Below, piece by piece: positions 38,811 to 52,776 of a stretch of 64,000 bases of DNA. The stretch is from Prorocentrum cordatum (lineage: Eukaryota), in assembly GCA_963575745.1 (NCBI GenBank), contig CAUYUJ010000292.1, positions 434,001 through 498,000 on the forward strand, written 5' to 3'. The stretch's first letter is position 1; each line of letters opens with the position of its first letter. Made by a program: the position numbers and the translations under genes. Below the pieces are notes generated by a model. The model saw nothing but the letters and a program-made list of their open reading frames with translations. It had not been told where the DNA came from and did no database searches.

Positions 38811-41800
38811 CCCTATCCATCGCTGTAGATAAGGGGCGACAGCATGCCAGCGCAAGCCTCGTATGTTCATGAAGCTGAAAGCGATCGACGTCCCGTCGCA
38901 AGTGGACGTGCCAACGCCGTAGCTGGAACTCCAAGTTGAACGGCAAGGGGACCGTTAATCGAGCAGAATCCCGTATCTTGGCCACTTAAGGGTGAGAGAT
39001 GCGAAGATTGATGCATGCCAGTACCACTCGACGGTGATGAAGTTGAACCCAGCCTGGCAGGGGAATGGTCAACCTGAACGATGGCTGGTGCACAGCAGGA
39101 AGGAGCACGCCGCGAAGTAGCCAAGGGAGGCCCAGTCAGGATGCCAGCTTCGTCACAACTGTGACCGGCCAGAGGTGGGGTTGACGAAATACTCTCCACC
39201 TCGTGGTCGGCCACCGCCCGCTGAGCATGTAGCAGCGAGCTTGGCAAGGGGCGTGAAGTGTGTGATAGAGGTGAGAGCCTCGCCCGGACAAGCTCCACCT
39301 CGTCGTCTGAGGTCAGGGGATCTACTGAACCGCTTCAGCTGCTCCTCCCCCTGCGCCCTCGCCCGAGGCCCCGCGCGCGCCCTCTGCAGGTTCCCCATCA
39401 ACATCTGGTACTGCTGCTTCTTGGGGTACTTCTGGTAGCTACCGAGGAAACTCCTGACGCTGCGATGGGGGCTCGTCGACTTCAACTGCCTCATCCCACT
39501 TTCCAGCCGTGCGCGCAAAAGCCCCGCGAGAGGAAGGCCTCCTGGTTGTGCTGGCTTCGGTGTGTGGCGCGGTGCCGTGCAAGGAAACTCGCCCGTACTT
39601 CCTGGCTGGCATCTTGCTCTTCGTACTCCTGTCCGTCTCTTCGTCGTCATCCGGGCAGGGCGATGCAGCGCCCCCAAAAGGCTCGCCATGGGAAGCACGA
39701 GCGGGAACGCACTCAACTGCATCAGCCTCAATGGACAACTCCTGCGTTGAGGATGGGGTACTTTCAGGAACACGTGGTCAGCCTGAACCATGAGCTAGCC
39801 ACTGCCTCCTCCTGTAGAGGCGACGCGCTATGCTCCAACGCCTCAGCCCGTTGTTCCTTCTCCAACGCGAACCTCTCAGCTTCAGCGGCGTGATCTTCCA
39901 GAATGGCGCCGGTCTGGCCCTCATCCCACTCATGTTCTTCTTCGGCAGCCTTCTGCTCCAACTCTGCAATGGCCTCCTGATCGCGTCCACGGCGCCGGCG
40001 CTGTCCATGGTGTTCGCATGAGGTGGGAAGCTCTGATTGGCCAAGAACTCTCATTCGGCTTAGTGCTCTGCTGCTTGGAACAGGCCCCGCTGGTGTACGA
40101 GCCACCCCTGAAACTGCCGATTGTCACGATCACGTCCCGTGTCCAGACGGCGGCGAGAACGGAAGTGGTGAACAGGGAGAGTAACGTGACCATCGATGAT
40201 GTTCGCATTCAACTGCCGCGTCTTCCTCTTGCTCGGCATGTCGAGCTAACTCCACCTCGAACTCCATGTCGCCCACCTTCTTGGCCGAAATCACAGCCTG
40301 GACAGTCGCGCGATCAGGTGTTTGACCATAAGGGTCAGGAACTCGGCGCTGACGCAACTGAGATGCAGGACCATAGCCAGCCGCAGCGCCCGATCCAGCC
40401 GACGCTGCAGAGCTCCGCAACGCCGCGATCTGCTCCTCCAGCACCCTGGTCTTGGCCTCGGCCTCCTGAACAGCAACAACAGACGCATGCGCGTCGACCC
40501 CGCGGCGCTGCTGAGCTTTTTCAGACTTGCGAACCAAACCCACCCAAGCCACTGAGTAACGGGCGTCAAACTTCTCCTTCTCTTGCTGTAGCTGCTCGTC
40601 GACAGCGGCGCGAGCTTCGTCAAGCGGTTGAACTTTTTTCTTCGAAAAGATTCCACGGCGCCTGTAAACTTTTAGAGCCTGAGCCTGTCCTGATAGAAGA
40701 AACTGCTGACGTCGCAAGTACTCTCGCTGCTCAACAACCTCTTGACCGAGTAACTATCGGCCCCCCTTTTCCTCAGCGTCGGCTCGCTGTCGGATCTGAT
40801 CCTCAAGGTAGGCGACCTGGTTCTGAACCTCGGACTAGACCATCTTCTTCGACTTGCTCGCCAACTGGTAGGCATCCCTTTCCACCTGTCGCGTGTAGGC
40901 TGCAGCTTCTGCAAGACGATGATCAACCTGTGCAGCCATGCCTCTTGCTCCCACCAACTCTTCATCCTTGAGAGCAGCTTCCCGTTGCAGCCTGGCAGAG
41001 TACTGAGCCATCTCACATCGTAACTGCTGCTCCTTCGCTACCGTGGCCTTCTTAGCGTGCTCGTGGACAGCCTCCGTTGACTGATGAACAGAAATCCACA
41101 TCGGAAGACCTGAGCTCGCGAAACCACCTTGATTCGCTGGGGAAGCCGGGGTGTTTCGCATGAGGCGACAGGACTGTTTCAACCGTAGAGGGCTGCACCT
41201 GGGGGGCCATCTGCTGGGCAAGCCCAACGGGTTGAGTAGCAGAGCCTGGCAGTCTATCAGCAGAACACGGCTGAATTGACGTCCTCGAAGTTGGCGAAGC
41301 CTTACCAGAACCCAACACATGCACCGCTGGAGGTATCTGTTGAAGAACGCACGCCTCCATGAGGATCAGCCAGAGCATCGCCTGGGGGGCCCCTCGTCGG
41401 GCTTGGAGAGGTCCTGAGGTGCCCGCGGGGCTTGAGATGCCAGGCTTCAAGCACAGGAGTAGCAGGCACCTTGGGCTCTCCACGGGGTCGGGCCCGACAC
41501 ACGACGGCCTGTGTCTGGCATAGCTTGCGGCGCAGACCCTGGTGGTGGGGACGGTGGCGGTGGCGGCGGGGGGGCGTCAACTCCCGTAGAGATTTCCTCG
41601 TCGTCTCCATCACTTCCCAATCGGATTGGCAGAAGATGCTTGCGACGATCATGCCCTTCACCTGAAGTCGAAAAAAGGCGCCTGTCCGTAACCCCGCGCC
41701 GCCGCCTCAGTAAGTAGGTCCTCGTAGTAGGTGATCATCGACTTCTCGTACATCAAATCGATCTCGAGCTCACGTGACTGCTTCTCCAGTGCCAACAACT

Positions 41801-42658
41801 TCTCCTCGGTACGATTGTGTCCGGCAAGAGCTTCACGACGTTGAACAGTTTCGTAAACCAACATTGTCTTCATACCAACCAACTCATGCTCCTGCTGCTG
41901 CCGCCGTGTGCCATTCCTCTTCGCCTCTAGAAGCAATTTCGCCGCGGTTCGAAGCCTCTCACCCCGCATAATTTCGTGAGATTTCAGCGCGTTGGGCTGT
42001 TCTGGGGTCTGCACGTACAAACGATGCCGCTGAGCGTACTCCGTAGTGCACATCATGATTTTGTCGATGATGGACTTGAGATTATTGTCCAAACGGGCCT
42101 GCTGCTCACGATGCCGTCGAGACTCTGGTTGCTGCTGCTGCCTCTTCGTGTACTGGTTGCAATGAGCACCTCTGGAGTGCCAATCTCTTTCACCATTCTT
42201 CGTCCCACACAGGTGGCATGCCCACTTCGACATCTTCAGTACGTAGAAGTTGCTCGCGTGGTGGCTGGCGAACACGCTCCTGGCCTTCACAGTCTGGAGG
42301 AAGGGCCCCGCGCGGCCTCGACGGCGCCTTACGCGCCTGTGCCAGGCAGGCTCGGGGCGCTTGGCCGTCGGCCTCGCCCGCGCGCCCGAGGGCGACCAGC
42401 GCCGCCAGGCAGCAGCCCGCCGCGGGCAACCACCGCCAGAGACCGCCGCCGCGGCGGGGGATGCGGCGGGGTCCCCCCCCCCCCGCGCGATCTCGATGGC
42501 GGGCCTCGCTGCCGCCGCCCGCGCCTGGGCCAGCCGCGCGTGGCCGCGAGGCCCCACCTGAGGCTCCTCCTCCCGCTCCACGCGCTCCCCTCCCTCCCTC
42601 GCTCCTTCCCCGTCGCTCGCCCTCACGCTCCCAGCCCATTCTCGCGTCCTCTCCCCCC

Positions 42659-42711
<53 letters not shown>

Positions 42712-44784
42712 CCTCTTTCTCCTCCTCCTCCTCCTCCTCCTCTTCCTCCTCCTCCTCCTCCTCCTCTTCGAGTTCCTCCTCCTCCTCATCCTCCTCCTTC
42801 TTATCCTCAAAATCCTTCTCCCCGGCATCAAGCAATCGCCTCCTCCTTCTCCGTCCTCCTCCTGGCTGCTTGTCTTCCCTTCGCCTTCAGCAGCTGCTCC
42901 ACACCAATACACTGCTCTCCCTGCCTGTCCCGAAAAGATGGCCAGGGAGGGTCCCCGCACCCCTCCGCCTCTAGCGTCTTACAGAAAAACGAAGAGGGTG
43001 TCATTGGCTTGTCTATCCTGTGTTGTTGACGCGGGGAGTTGTCGGTGCCTCAAAATACAATGGAGGCCAGTCCACCAGAAACCTTCCATAAGACACCCAA
43101 CCCTGAGACCCCACGATGTCCATGGATGTTTGGTGTGGGGGCGTCGCGCTTTCCATAGCAGACCCATCGAAACCCAAGAAACCCAGGGAACCCGGTGCTT
43201 CTTGGCATGGGTCTTCACTGTATCCTGTGCTGTTGAATCGGGGCGTCTTCGGTGTCTCAAAGTAGTGCTCCCGCTGCAGCGATCTGCAGCGCTTGCTTCA
43301 CTTTAGGATCGGCACTCTATTCCCATCGTTCAGGAGTGGCGCCCACTGGAGGTCGAAAACGGCCAGAAACCGTCCGTTCCTGTGATTTGCCGGTGCGATC
43401 TCTAGGTCCCCGCTCACCCTTCCTCTCCTCCTCCTCCTCCTCCTCCTCGTCCTCCTCCTCGTCCTCCTTCTGCTCCTCGTCCTCGTCCTCGTCCTCGTCG
43501 TCGTCGTCGTCGTCGTCGCTGTCGTCGTCCTCGTCCTCCTCATATTTGACCCTCCCTCCTCCACCCACCTCCTCCCCCCTCAACTACCTCTTCCCGCCCC
43601 TGGGCCTCCCGTCCTTTCCTCCTCCCTCCCTCCTCCTCCTCCTCCTCCTCCTCCTCCTCCTCCTCCTCCTCCTCCTCCTCCTCCTCCCCCCTCTGCTAAC
43701 TGTTCCTCCCCCTCGCACTCCTCCTCGCGCGACACCTGGTCACCCCATGGGAAAACATGGCGCCTCATCACATGTTCAGAAACAGGGGCCACCACCTTGA
43801 GCTTCCCCCGACGCAGGGGAACAGGCGCCTCCTCCTCGTCCTCCTCCTCCTCCTCTTCCACCCTTTCTCCTTACCTCTGCCTCCTCCTCCTCCTCCTCAT
43901 CCTTCTCCTCCTCGTCCTTCTCCACCTCCTCCTCCTCCTCCTGCTCCACCGTCCTGCTCCACCGTCCTTTATTCATGTCTCTTCTCCCTCCCCCCTCCTC
44001 CTCCTCCTCCTCCTCCTCCTCCTCCTCCTCCTCCTCCTCCTCCTCCTCCTCCTCCTCCTCCTCCTCCTCCTCCTCCTCTCTCCACTCCCCCTCCTCTCCC
44101 TGACAACCGACGAGCTGCCATTTAAATCCGCGCCCCCAGAACTCCGACCCCTTCTCCAAGGGTAGTTTTCGTCCCGGACGGCGAAATCGAGGAAAAACAC
44201 CAGGATTGAACAAACGCGCATCGTCGGAGAACTGGGGACGAAGACGCCACCGACGACGACAGCCGAGGCCGCCGCCGCCGACTCTGACCTCCTCCTCCTC
44301 CTCCTCCTCGCCTCCCGTCCCTCTTCTTCCTCTTCTCCCTGTTCTCACTGATTTCCTCCTCCTCCTCCTCCTGAAGCGCTAGAACATTGAAAACATGAAA
44401 ATCCGTCGGAGGCTGCCCTCCCCCGCAGGGCCGGTCGGCCTTGGAGGGGTGATCAAACTAGTGAGGCAAACGACTCCTGGAACATTCGCTCCAGTAGTCG
44501 CTCCTCCTCCTCCTCCTCCTCTCCTCCTCCTCCTCCTCCTCCTCCCTCCTCCTCCTCCTCCTCCTCCTCCTCCTCCTCCTCCTCCTCCTCCTCCTCCTCC
44601 TCCTCCTCCTCCTCCCCCTCCGCCTCCCCCTCCCACTCCCCCTCCTCCTCCTCCTCCTCCTCCTCCTCCTCCTCCTCCTCCTCCTCCTCTTCCCCCTCCT
44701 AGCCGTTTCGGCCCTTTGTGAGGGCGCGGGGCGTGCCGCGGCGCGATTCGAAGCGGCATTGCCGCGGCGGGCCATGGCGAGGCG

Positions 44785-46022
44785 ATGAACATCTACGTGA
44801 GCGCAGGCTGGCTCAAGGAGGACGGCAGCAGTGCTACCGTGTGCAGCGTCGTCGAGGGCCTGCTGGCGCGGCAGATCAGCGTCGCTGGCCTGGTGATCTG
44901 CAATGATGTCGAGGTCGAAGGCGAAGTCGTTCGCGGTGGAGAGTCAGCGGCTCAGCTTGCATGCGCTCGGCCTGGGCTACGGACTGCCGGCGCAACCGCC
45001 TCGCGATCTGAGCTACGGTCCTCTGCAGGTGCCGACGCAGAAGGCAAAGAGGCTCAAGGAGAAGGACGACAGGTTGGTGGTGTCCCCGAAGGCGCGGCCC
45101 TCGGCGGCGACCACGAGCTGGCGCAAATGGACTGCTGCGGGCGACATCGTGAAAGCCCCTCCGACGGCGCTGGCCATGGCCAGTCCCAGGCCTCCAAGGG
45201 TGGCCAAGGGCCGGCCCAAGACAAGAAGCCTGGCCAGAAGAAGGGGGCCAAGCTCAAGAAGCACACGGAGATGCAGCAACACAAGCCGATCGCGGAGAAG
45301 AGGATGCAGATCGTGCTGGCCAGAACGATATTCGAGTCGCGGCGGCGGGTCGCGAAGCAGGAGGAGGATCTGAAGGAGGACCTGGAGGGCTCGGGCCACC
45401 CGAGGAGTTCTTCATAGGCTCGGAGTGCGGTGAGGAAGAAGATGCAAGCAGTGAGCAACGCGCTGAAGTGCAGCTTCGGGCGCTACCGAACGTGGCCAAA
45501 GGACGAGTGTTCAAGGGCAGGAGCTGGGTGGAGCTGTCTGAGCAAGCAGACGACGACAGCCAGCCTAGCGAGCTGGACGACACAGGCGAACTTCACGAAG
45601 ATGGAGTACGGCCTGTGGAAGTTCCAGGGTCTGGCGATGCTGCTGGCGGAGGTGGGCGCGGCCAGCTGAAGGCGCTCGGAATGGTCGTCCGCCCTGATGG
45701 CAATCAGAGCACCGACAATCAGGAGTCGGTGCAGGAGAGCGTCTTCACCGAGGTGAAGAAGAAGAAGAAGAAGAAGAAGAAGAAGAAGAAGAAGAAAAAG
45801 GACAAGAAGAGCAGCAAGAAGGGCTCCGACGCGGGCACGTCTGAAGTGCAGGCCGCGGAGCTCAAGCAAGAGGTGCTGGACCAGCTGCGCCAGCAAGGCA
45901 AGCAGCTGCAGGCGGCGGGCCTCCTGGACGGCCTCCAGCTGGACGAGCTGTTCGACAAGCTCTCCAAGGGCGAGGTGGGGAGTTACGAACGCCTGCGGCG
46001 TTCCGAAGTCTCGAAGGCCTGA
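44785..46022 (+). pseudogene. Intronless coding-like remnant of unknown function (two broken ORFs, poly-Lys tract)
   Basis: Strong G/C third-position bias and charged helical sequence. Stop at 45417 and a frame change. No recognisable domain. Confidence 0.35.
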
Positions 46023-46579
46023 GGTGGGCCTGGAGGGAGGGGGTTCCTGGGGGGGGGCCTTGGTGGCTCCCTGGCTTTCGTTTCGGGCCTGGTGGCCCCT
46101 GGTTTTGGGGGCCGGCCTCCGGGCCAGCCCGGGCCCTTCTGGGCAGCGCCCCCTTTGAACCTGGTGGAGGCATCCTTCTGGGTCGGGGGCGTCCGCGGCC
46201 GTCGCGCCGAGCCTTTCCCTCGGGATTCGAAGTAGTTTCAGCCCTCGCAGCCCTCTTCCGCCTCCTCCTCCTCCCCCTCCGCCTCCCCCTCCCACTCCCC
46301 CTCCTCCTCCTCCTCCTCCTCCTCCTCCTCCTCCTCCTCCTCCTCCTCCCTCCTCCTCCTCCTCCTCCCCTCCTCCCCCCTCCTCCTCCTCCTCGTCCTC
46401 CTCCTTCTCCTCTCCTCCTCCTCTTCCTCCTCTTCTCTTCTCTTCTTCTCTCCTCTCCTCTCCTCTTCTCTTCTCTCTCTCCTCTCCTCTCCTCTTCTCT
46501 TCTCTCCTCTCCTCTCCCTTCGTCTCCTCTCCTCTCCCTTCCCTCCTCGGCACCCCCCCCCCTCCATGGGCCGAGCCAC

Positions 46580-46618
46580 CGCCGAGGCGCGGCCCAGCTT
46601 GCAGGCCCAGTGCAACGC
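46580..46618 (-). CDS. Ankyrin-repeat protein, 39-nt exon C (ALHWACKLGRASA)
   Basis: AG|GCG acceptor and GCG|GTGG donor. Splicing to exon D gives an exact 33-aa ankyrin period from ALH to ALH. Confidence 0.85.
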
Positions 46619-49315
46619 CTCGGGCGCTGCGCGTCGTCTTCGCTCGAAGCGCCCTTCTGCAGACCATTCCGCTGGTGCTCCTCCTCCTCCTCCTCCTCCT
46701 CCTCCTCATCCTCCTCCTCATCCTCCTTCTCCTCCTCCTCCTCCTCCTCCTCCTCCTCCTCCTCCTCTTCCTCTTCCACCTCCGAATCCTCCCTGCTTCT
46801 CCCTGCTCCCTCCTCCTCCTCCTCCTCCTCCTCCTCCTCCTTCCCATCCTCTTCCACCATCCACTCCTTCTCTCTCCCTCCGCCTTCCTCTCCTCCGTCC
46901 TCCTCCTTCCTCCCTCCTCCTCATCCTCCTCCTCCGTCTCGTCCTCCTCGTCCAACGCCTCCATCGCCTCCGCATCTCTGCTAGCGCTGACCATCCGTGT
47001 CCCAGTCGTCGTCCTCCTCCCCTCCTCCTTCTCCTCCTTCTCCTCCTCCTCATCCTCCTCCTCGTCGTCATCGTCAACGTCACTATCATTATCATCATCA
47101 ACATCAGCATCCGCATCATCGTCAGCAGCATCATCATCAACACGAACAACATTCGCAGCATCATTATCCTCATCAGCATGATCATCATCAACAACATAAT
47201 CAGCATCATCATCATCATCATCGTCGTCGTCGTCGCCGTCGTCAGCGTCGTCATCATCACCACGTCATCGTCAACGTCATCATCATTAGCATCATCAGCA
47301 GCATAATTAGCATCAACATTATCAGCATCAACAAGAGCATCACCATCCTCAACATCATCACCATCCTCATTATCACCAGCATCAGCATCCTCAGCGTCAT
47401 CCGCATCATCAAAATCATCATCAGCAGCATCATCAGCACCAGCATCAGCATCAGCATCAGCATCAGCAGCAGCACCATCATCGCAAGCATCGTCATTATC
47501 ATCATCGGCAACATCGGCACCATCGGCATCATCATCCTCATCATCCTCATCATCATCCTCATCCGCATCCCATCCTCATCATCATCCTCATCCGCATCCC
47601 ATCCTCATCCTCATCATCCCTCTCCCACTTCCTGCTGCTCCTTCTCTCCTCATGCACCCTCCTCCCTCTCCTCATCCCTCCCCTGTTTTTCCTCACTTAA
47701 TTCGCATTCCCTGTTCCCCCCACCACATCCCTCCACAACACCATCGGCTGGTGCTGCCTCCTCCTCCTCCTCCTGCGTCTCCTCCTCCCCCTCCTCACTG
47801 ATTCTCATCCTCCTGCTTCTCCTCCCCCCTCCTCCTCATCACCCCTCTCCGCCTTGCTCATCCTCTTCCTCCATGATCCTCTCCTCCTTTCTCTCCTCCC
47901 ACCTCCTTATCCATGCCAGTGGTGATATTACGCGATCTTCGTCCTCGTCCTAGCCCTCGTTTTCTGCCTCGTCCTCCTCCTCCTCATCTTCCCTCCCCAT
48001 TCCCTCCTCCACCTCCCATTTCCTGCTGCATGTCTCACAACCTCTACACTTACGCATTCTGAATACTGCTCTCCTCTCTCCCCTGGCTCCGTCCGGAAGA
48101 TAGCTGGCCCTCTCCGCATACGGCTTTCACAACAAACATCTTCAACGTTACGTTTGCGGCAGCGTCTGTGCGGTCGGAGTGTTCTCAGTGCTTCAGAATG
48201 GTGCTTCCGCTGCAGGCTGAGCCTCATTTCGGATCGGCGCGTGGCTCCCGTCGTTCAGGAATGGCGCTCTGGCCTCAGCGCGGGCCACTTCTCTGGAGAT
48301 GCGTCCCTTTTCATCGTTGCCACCGCCCTCCATTCCCCTCCTCCGCCCTGCCCTGGATCTCGTGTTCCTCTCAGTCCTCGCACTCCAGCTCCTGCTGCTG
48401 ATGTTCGTACTCGTCCTCCTCCTATTTCTCTATTCTATTTCCTATGGCGGAGGAGGTCCGTCATACTGCTCGACCTCCTGCTCATCCGCCACAGCCTCCT
48501 CCAATGTACGTGCGCAGCTGCCTTTGTCCGATGGCGTGTAACATGATAGGGCCCCCTTTGCACTTCAAGGTCCGCTATGATTTGCGTCGGCGGATAGAGA
48601 AACAGCAGCGCAACGGAAGGGATGGGCGGGTGGGGCAGGATGTCAGATACGGCGCGAGAGCACCTAGCTACCTAGCTTGTTCTATCTCCTCTTCCCTACT
48701 CCACTTCCCTCCCTCGTCGTACTTCTCGTGTGACGTGGCGGGGAGGGACTCAAACTTTAGCACCTCTGTTACTAACCGTCCTCCTACTCCTCCGCCTTCT
48801 GTTGGTGCGGACCTTGTAATATGACGGTTGGCGACCTGCCTCCCTCTGTCTGGGGCGGAGGATTCAAACATCCCGCCGTTACCTGCGGTAGATTCGTGCG
48901 GCATCGGCACGCGCAAAGGATTTTTACACCGCGTTGATCGTTCAACCTTGGATCGATCGCAACCCCGATCGTTCAAGGTCGAATTCCGCCGGGTCCAATG
49001 GCGTCACCGCGTCCCTCGGTGCTTCCGCGTCACAGACTTCAAACTTTGAACGCCTTTTATGGCGTCGCCGGCGCGCCAACGCCGCTTGAACCTGCCATAT
49101 TCCCCCCTTCCCCCCATGGTCTCCCCCGCCCAGAAACGAGGCTTCAGCAGTTTCGCCCACGCCCCTCCTCCCTACCGCCCATGGCGGCGCAGGCCTGGCA
49201 ATTTAGAAATTCGGTTGCCAGTTGCCGCATTTCCCCCCTACCGTTGGAGACGTTGGATTATTAGCGTGTCGCGGCGGTCGCCCCGGCGACACGCCGCACC
49301 TTGTGAGCGGATAGC

Positions 49316-50230
49316 GTGACTGGGGTGAGTTGTACCAAAGTCCAAGCCCATGAGGACCCAGAGAACTACCCAGAAGGATCGCTAGGAATATGGAATGCCT
49401 TAGGCAACCAGGCGGCCGATACAGCGGCCAAGCTCGGTGCCAATGATCACTCCCAACCCTCTTCGTCAGAAGTGGAGCTCCAGGACCTCAGAACAAATGC
49501 TCTCAGGACGTACCTTCAGTACGTGGCTTGTGCCCTAGAGGTTTTCCCTCGCCCGCAGAGCAAGCAAGGCAAAGGCAGCAGGCGCCACTGTCGTGCCGGC
49601 GCCAAGGAGGGCAGTATTATTTACAGTTATGCCGATGAGATTTTGGCCAGCTTTCGCCAAGCTAGTTCTGACCACGTGCCAGGGGTTGCCAGCAGGGCAG
49701 GCGGAGCCTCTTCCTCTTCCTCTTGTGCCCCGCTCCGCCCTCCACCTCCTCCCTTGGTGCCGGCAGGAGCCACCAACAGAGACGGTGTGCTAAGGCCTGC
49801 GTCCTCGGTCACGCAGGCGCCTCAGCCTGAGGTAGCAGGCCAGGCCCAGAGCCACAATTGGAAATACATTAAGCAGAATCTGTGGTCCTGCCGCGTCTGT
49901 TACACCAGATGCAGGGCAGAGTACCCGCCTCAGACCACAGCGTGTACAGGATACAACGCCGCTTTCGGCGCGATAGCTGCCAATCAGCGCAACCACAGAA
50001 TTTATATTGCTAGTTACGATGAGGATAACTTAATATTTGTGTGCTCCTCCTGCGGATGTATCTGCCAGGGCCGGCGAGCAGTAGGGCTAACAAAGCCTTG
50101 CAATGAAAGGTTCACCAGCCATCATAACAAGTCAAACTGGGACAGGATGTTCCAGAGAAAGCACCCAGACCCCTCCAAAGGAGAGGCTAAGGTGCTGGAC
50201 GAACTGCTCCCCCTCAGCAGCTTGTTTTAA
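49316..50230 (+). mobile_element. 5'-truncated retrotransposon 3' end: RNase H C-terminus plus Cys/His fingers
   Basis: KVQAH...GNQAADTAAKLGA is the RNase H terminal motif. Followed by HNW..WSCRVC..C and H..FVCSSCG..LTKPC. Open for 304 codons. Confidence 0.75.
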
Positions 50231-50644
50231 CGGGTTTCGAAAGCAACTGTCTCCCCCTTCCCTCTCTTCCTCGCCTCCTCTTGGCCTTCCTTCTTCTCCT
50301 TCAGTTGCTTTCTTAGCCTTTCGGCCCAGACCGTCACGAACAGACGGAGGCGGACAAGTTGGGTGGTTAATGATTGGGGGGCGGGAGGTGGTCACCTGAA
50401 GATCCGCCCTGGACTGTCGGGGCCTAGATGTTTGTTTCCTGTAGCGCTTCTGTCGCTCGCCAGTCGGTTCTAGTTTTCGAACCCAGCGCCGAATCCGAGT
50501 CCAATCCAAATCCGCTCCACGTGGCGGGAGGCTGGGAAAGGCCCTGATGCTCGGGGGCCGACACGCTGAGCAAAGCTCCTGACCTCAACCCCTTAGCAGA
50601 GTGCTCCCCTGCCCCATCCCTCCCGCCCCTCGCCTCGCAAGTAC

Positions 50645-51306
50645 CTCCACGCTTGTCCACTGGTGCAAACGGGACCTGGGACAGGAGAACATTCCCCAAG
50701 AACATGAGACCTCCGCCGGCCAAAACACACTGAACATCCGATGGCACCCTCCCCAGGATGCACAATAACATTTCACAAACACGAAAAACACTAGGGAAAC
50801 CTCCCCGCGCCGACCTCGATCTTAGAACTCGGTCCGACATGTATGCTACAACACCTCTTCCTGCCGCAAGAGCTGTGCGGCGGGAGGCTACGCTGACGAG
50901 CGGGGCCCAGGCAATGCCTCGCGCGTCGCACCGAAGCGTGGTGGGCCCGAGCTGGCGGCGCGACACGCGGAGCCAGAGCTCCTGGCCGTGATACCCCACC
51001 TCCCAAGACCCCCGACGCCACGAGCTGTTCCTGACGTCGACACCCCTAAGAAGCCTCGACCCCCGACGTCATGAGTTTTTCCTAACACCGACCTCCGACG
51101 TCATGAGTTTTTCCTAACATCGACCCCCGACGTCAGGAGTTTTTCCTAACGTCGACCCCCCAAGAAGTCTCGACGAATTCCCCGGGACAGGTTTTTCATC
51201 CCGAGACCGGTGGTTCATCCCGGGCGTGCCGCCGGTGCTCCTCTTTCACCCTCACGCTGACGCCGCTCCTCGGCCTCCAGCTCCTTCTTCCCGGTACCGC
51301 AAGACC
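50645..51306 (-). CDS. Three tentative micro-exons (51306-51250, 50981-50918, 50675-50645) of the ankyrin gene
   Basis: Each has a CAG|G acceptor and a GT or GC donor. One phase-consistent chain links exon B to exon C, but other frames are possible (for example VPFAPVDKRG). Confidence 0.3.
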
Positions 51307-52190
51307 CTGGAACCCTCCTCCGACTCCCTCGTCATCATCACTCCTGCTCCTGCTCGTGCTCCTGCTCCTCCTCCCTCCTATTCCCCCCCTTCCTGCTTCC
51401 ACATTCGGGGGCGCGCAAAAATGGATCAACGATCCATGGATTTGACGCTCGGTCGCCAAATCCATGGATCGGGTGAGGTACCCTCCCCAAAATGCGGCCG
51501 GTGCCGCCTTGCTCGGCGGCGGAAATCCGCGATGTCCAATGGAAACGGGACCCATCGCTAATCCACGACCCCGTGATCCATGTTAGCGATCGCCTGATCC
51601 TATTCCTCCCCTCCTGCTCCCACAGCCCTTCCTCTCCTGCTCCCTCACACCTCCCCCCTCCCCTCCTCAGCTCTCCTCCCCTCCCGCTCCGCCTCCCGCT
51701 TCTCCTTTGGAGCCAAGGGGAGGAAGGATCACACGACCACGTGAACACGAGAGGAGGAGCAGCACGAAAGGAGGAGGGAGAAGAAGATGACGAGGGAGAC
51801 GCCGAGGACTGGGGCGACAACAAGGCATAGACACCGCTGCGCCGCGGACCTCTCCCTGGGATGCATCCTGATCAGAACTTCGAGGATGGTCCGGCCGTGG
51901 CGACGAGGGCTCTCCAGGACGAGCAGCAATTTTTGGTACCTCTCCCTCCTCTCGAGGACGAACGCGCTCGGACCAGAACTTCAAGGAGAACCCAGCCGTG
52001 GCTACGAGAGCTCTCCAGGACGAGCAGCAGGTATAGGTACCCTCTTCTCCTCTGGACGAGTGCGTCCCGAGCAGAACCTCGAGGATCATCCAGTGCTGGC
52101 GACGAGGGCTCTCCAGGACGAACCGCGCTTGTCGGCACCTCTTCCTCCTCCAGGAGGACGAGGGCGACGACGCCGACCTTGAGCAGGGAC
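51060..52190. repeat. Two short tandem arrays (CCGACGTCA.GAGTTTTTCCTAAC x3 at 51060-51150; about 100-bp unit x3 at 51874-52125)
   Basis: Read directly. Confidence 0.85.
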
Positions 52191-52711
52191 CGACCGTGCT
52201 GGCATTCCTAAACGCCCACCACGACATGTTCTCAGAACCAGAGAGTGTTCTCAGAACAGAAGAAAGGTTCTTAGAACACCAAGCCGACGTGTTACAGCAA
52301 GGCGGCCTCAGCCAGAAATGTTCTGAGAACATTTCGTGTAAACAAACCGAGATCTGGTGGGCCTACATAGAAACAGCGCGGATTTCGCGGATCCGTGCCG
52401 GACCCCCCTCCCCGTCGCGCGGAGCGCGCCAGGGGCGGCGCCAGAGGCGCCGTTTGGGCGCTCCAGCGCAGATCCAAGAAATCCACGCGCACCGTCGAAA
52501 GTTTCCGTTTATGTCCTTTTTCCTTCTTCGGCTATCGGAAGGCCAGGGCGCCTCGTCGCTGCTTGACTCCTCCGCCTCCTCCTCCTCCTCCTCCTGTCCT
52601 CCTCCTCCTCCTCCTGTCCTCCTCCTCTCCTCCTCCTCCTCCTCCTCCTCCTCCTCCTCCTCCTCCTCCTCCTCCTACTGACGATCGCGGCCGAGCCCCG
52701 CGCCGCGCGGC

Positions 52712-52776
52712 CCGTGCTGTCCACCTCGCCCAAGCACAGGTCCGCGCGCGGCCGGGCCAGCAGCAGCTCCAGGCAC
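52712..52776 (-). CDS. Ankyrin-repeat protein, exon B (CLELLLARPRADLCLGE[VDSTG]); donor ambiguous (GT at 52724 or GC at 52711)
   Basis: Acceptor AG|GTGCCTGG repeats the exon A donor sequence. CxELLL...AD is the ankyrin second helix and loop. Confidence 0.65.

Larger units (their letters stand above)
37630..42250 (-). mobile_element. Degenerate non-LTR retrotransposon 5' half (zinc finger/coiled coil - RNase H - APE); RT missing
   Basis: RanBP2-like WACHLCGTKN just after the ATG at 42233. Coiled-coil-like stretches at 39800-42000. RNase H at about 38810-38385. APE at about 38210-37630. Frameshifted. Confidence 0.75.
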
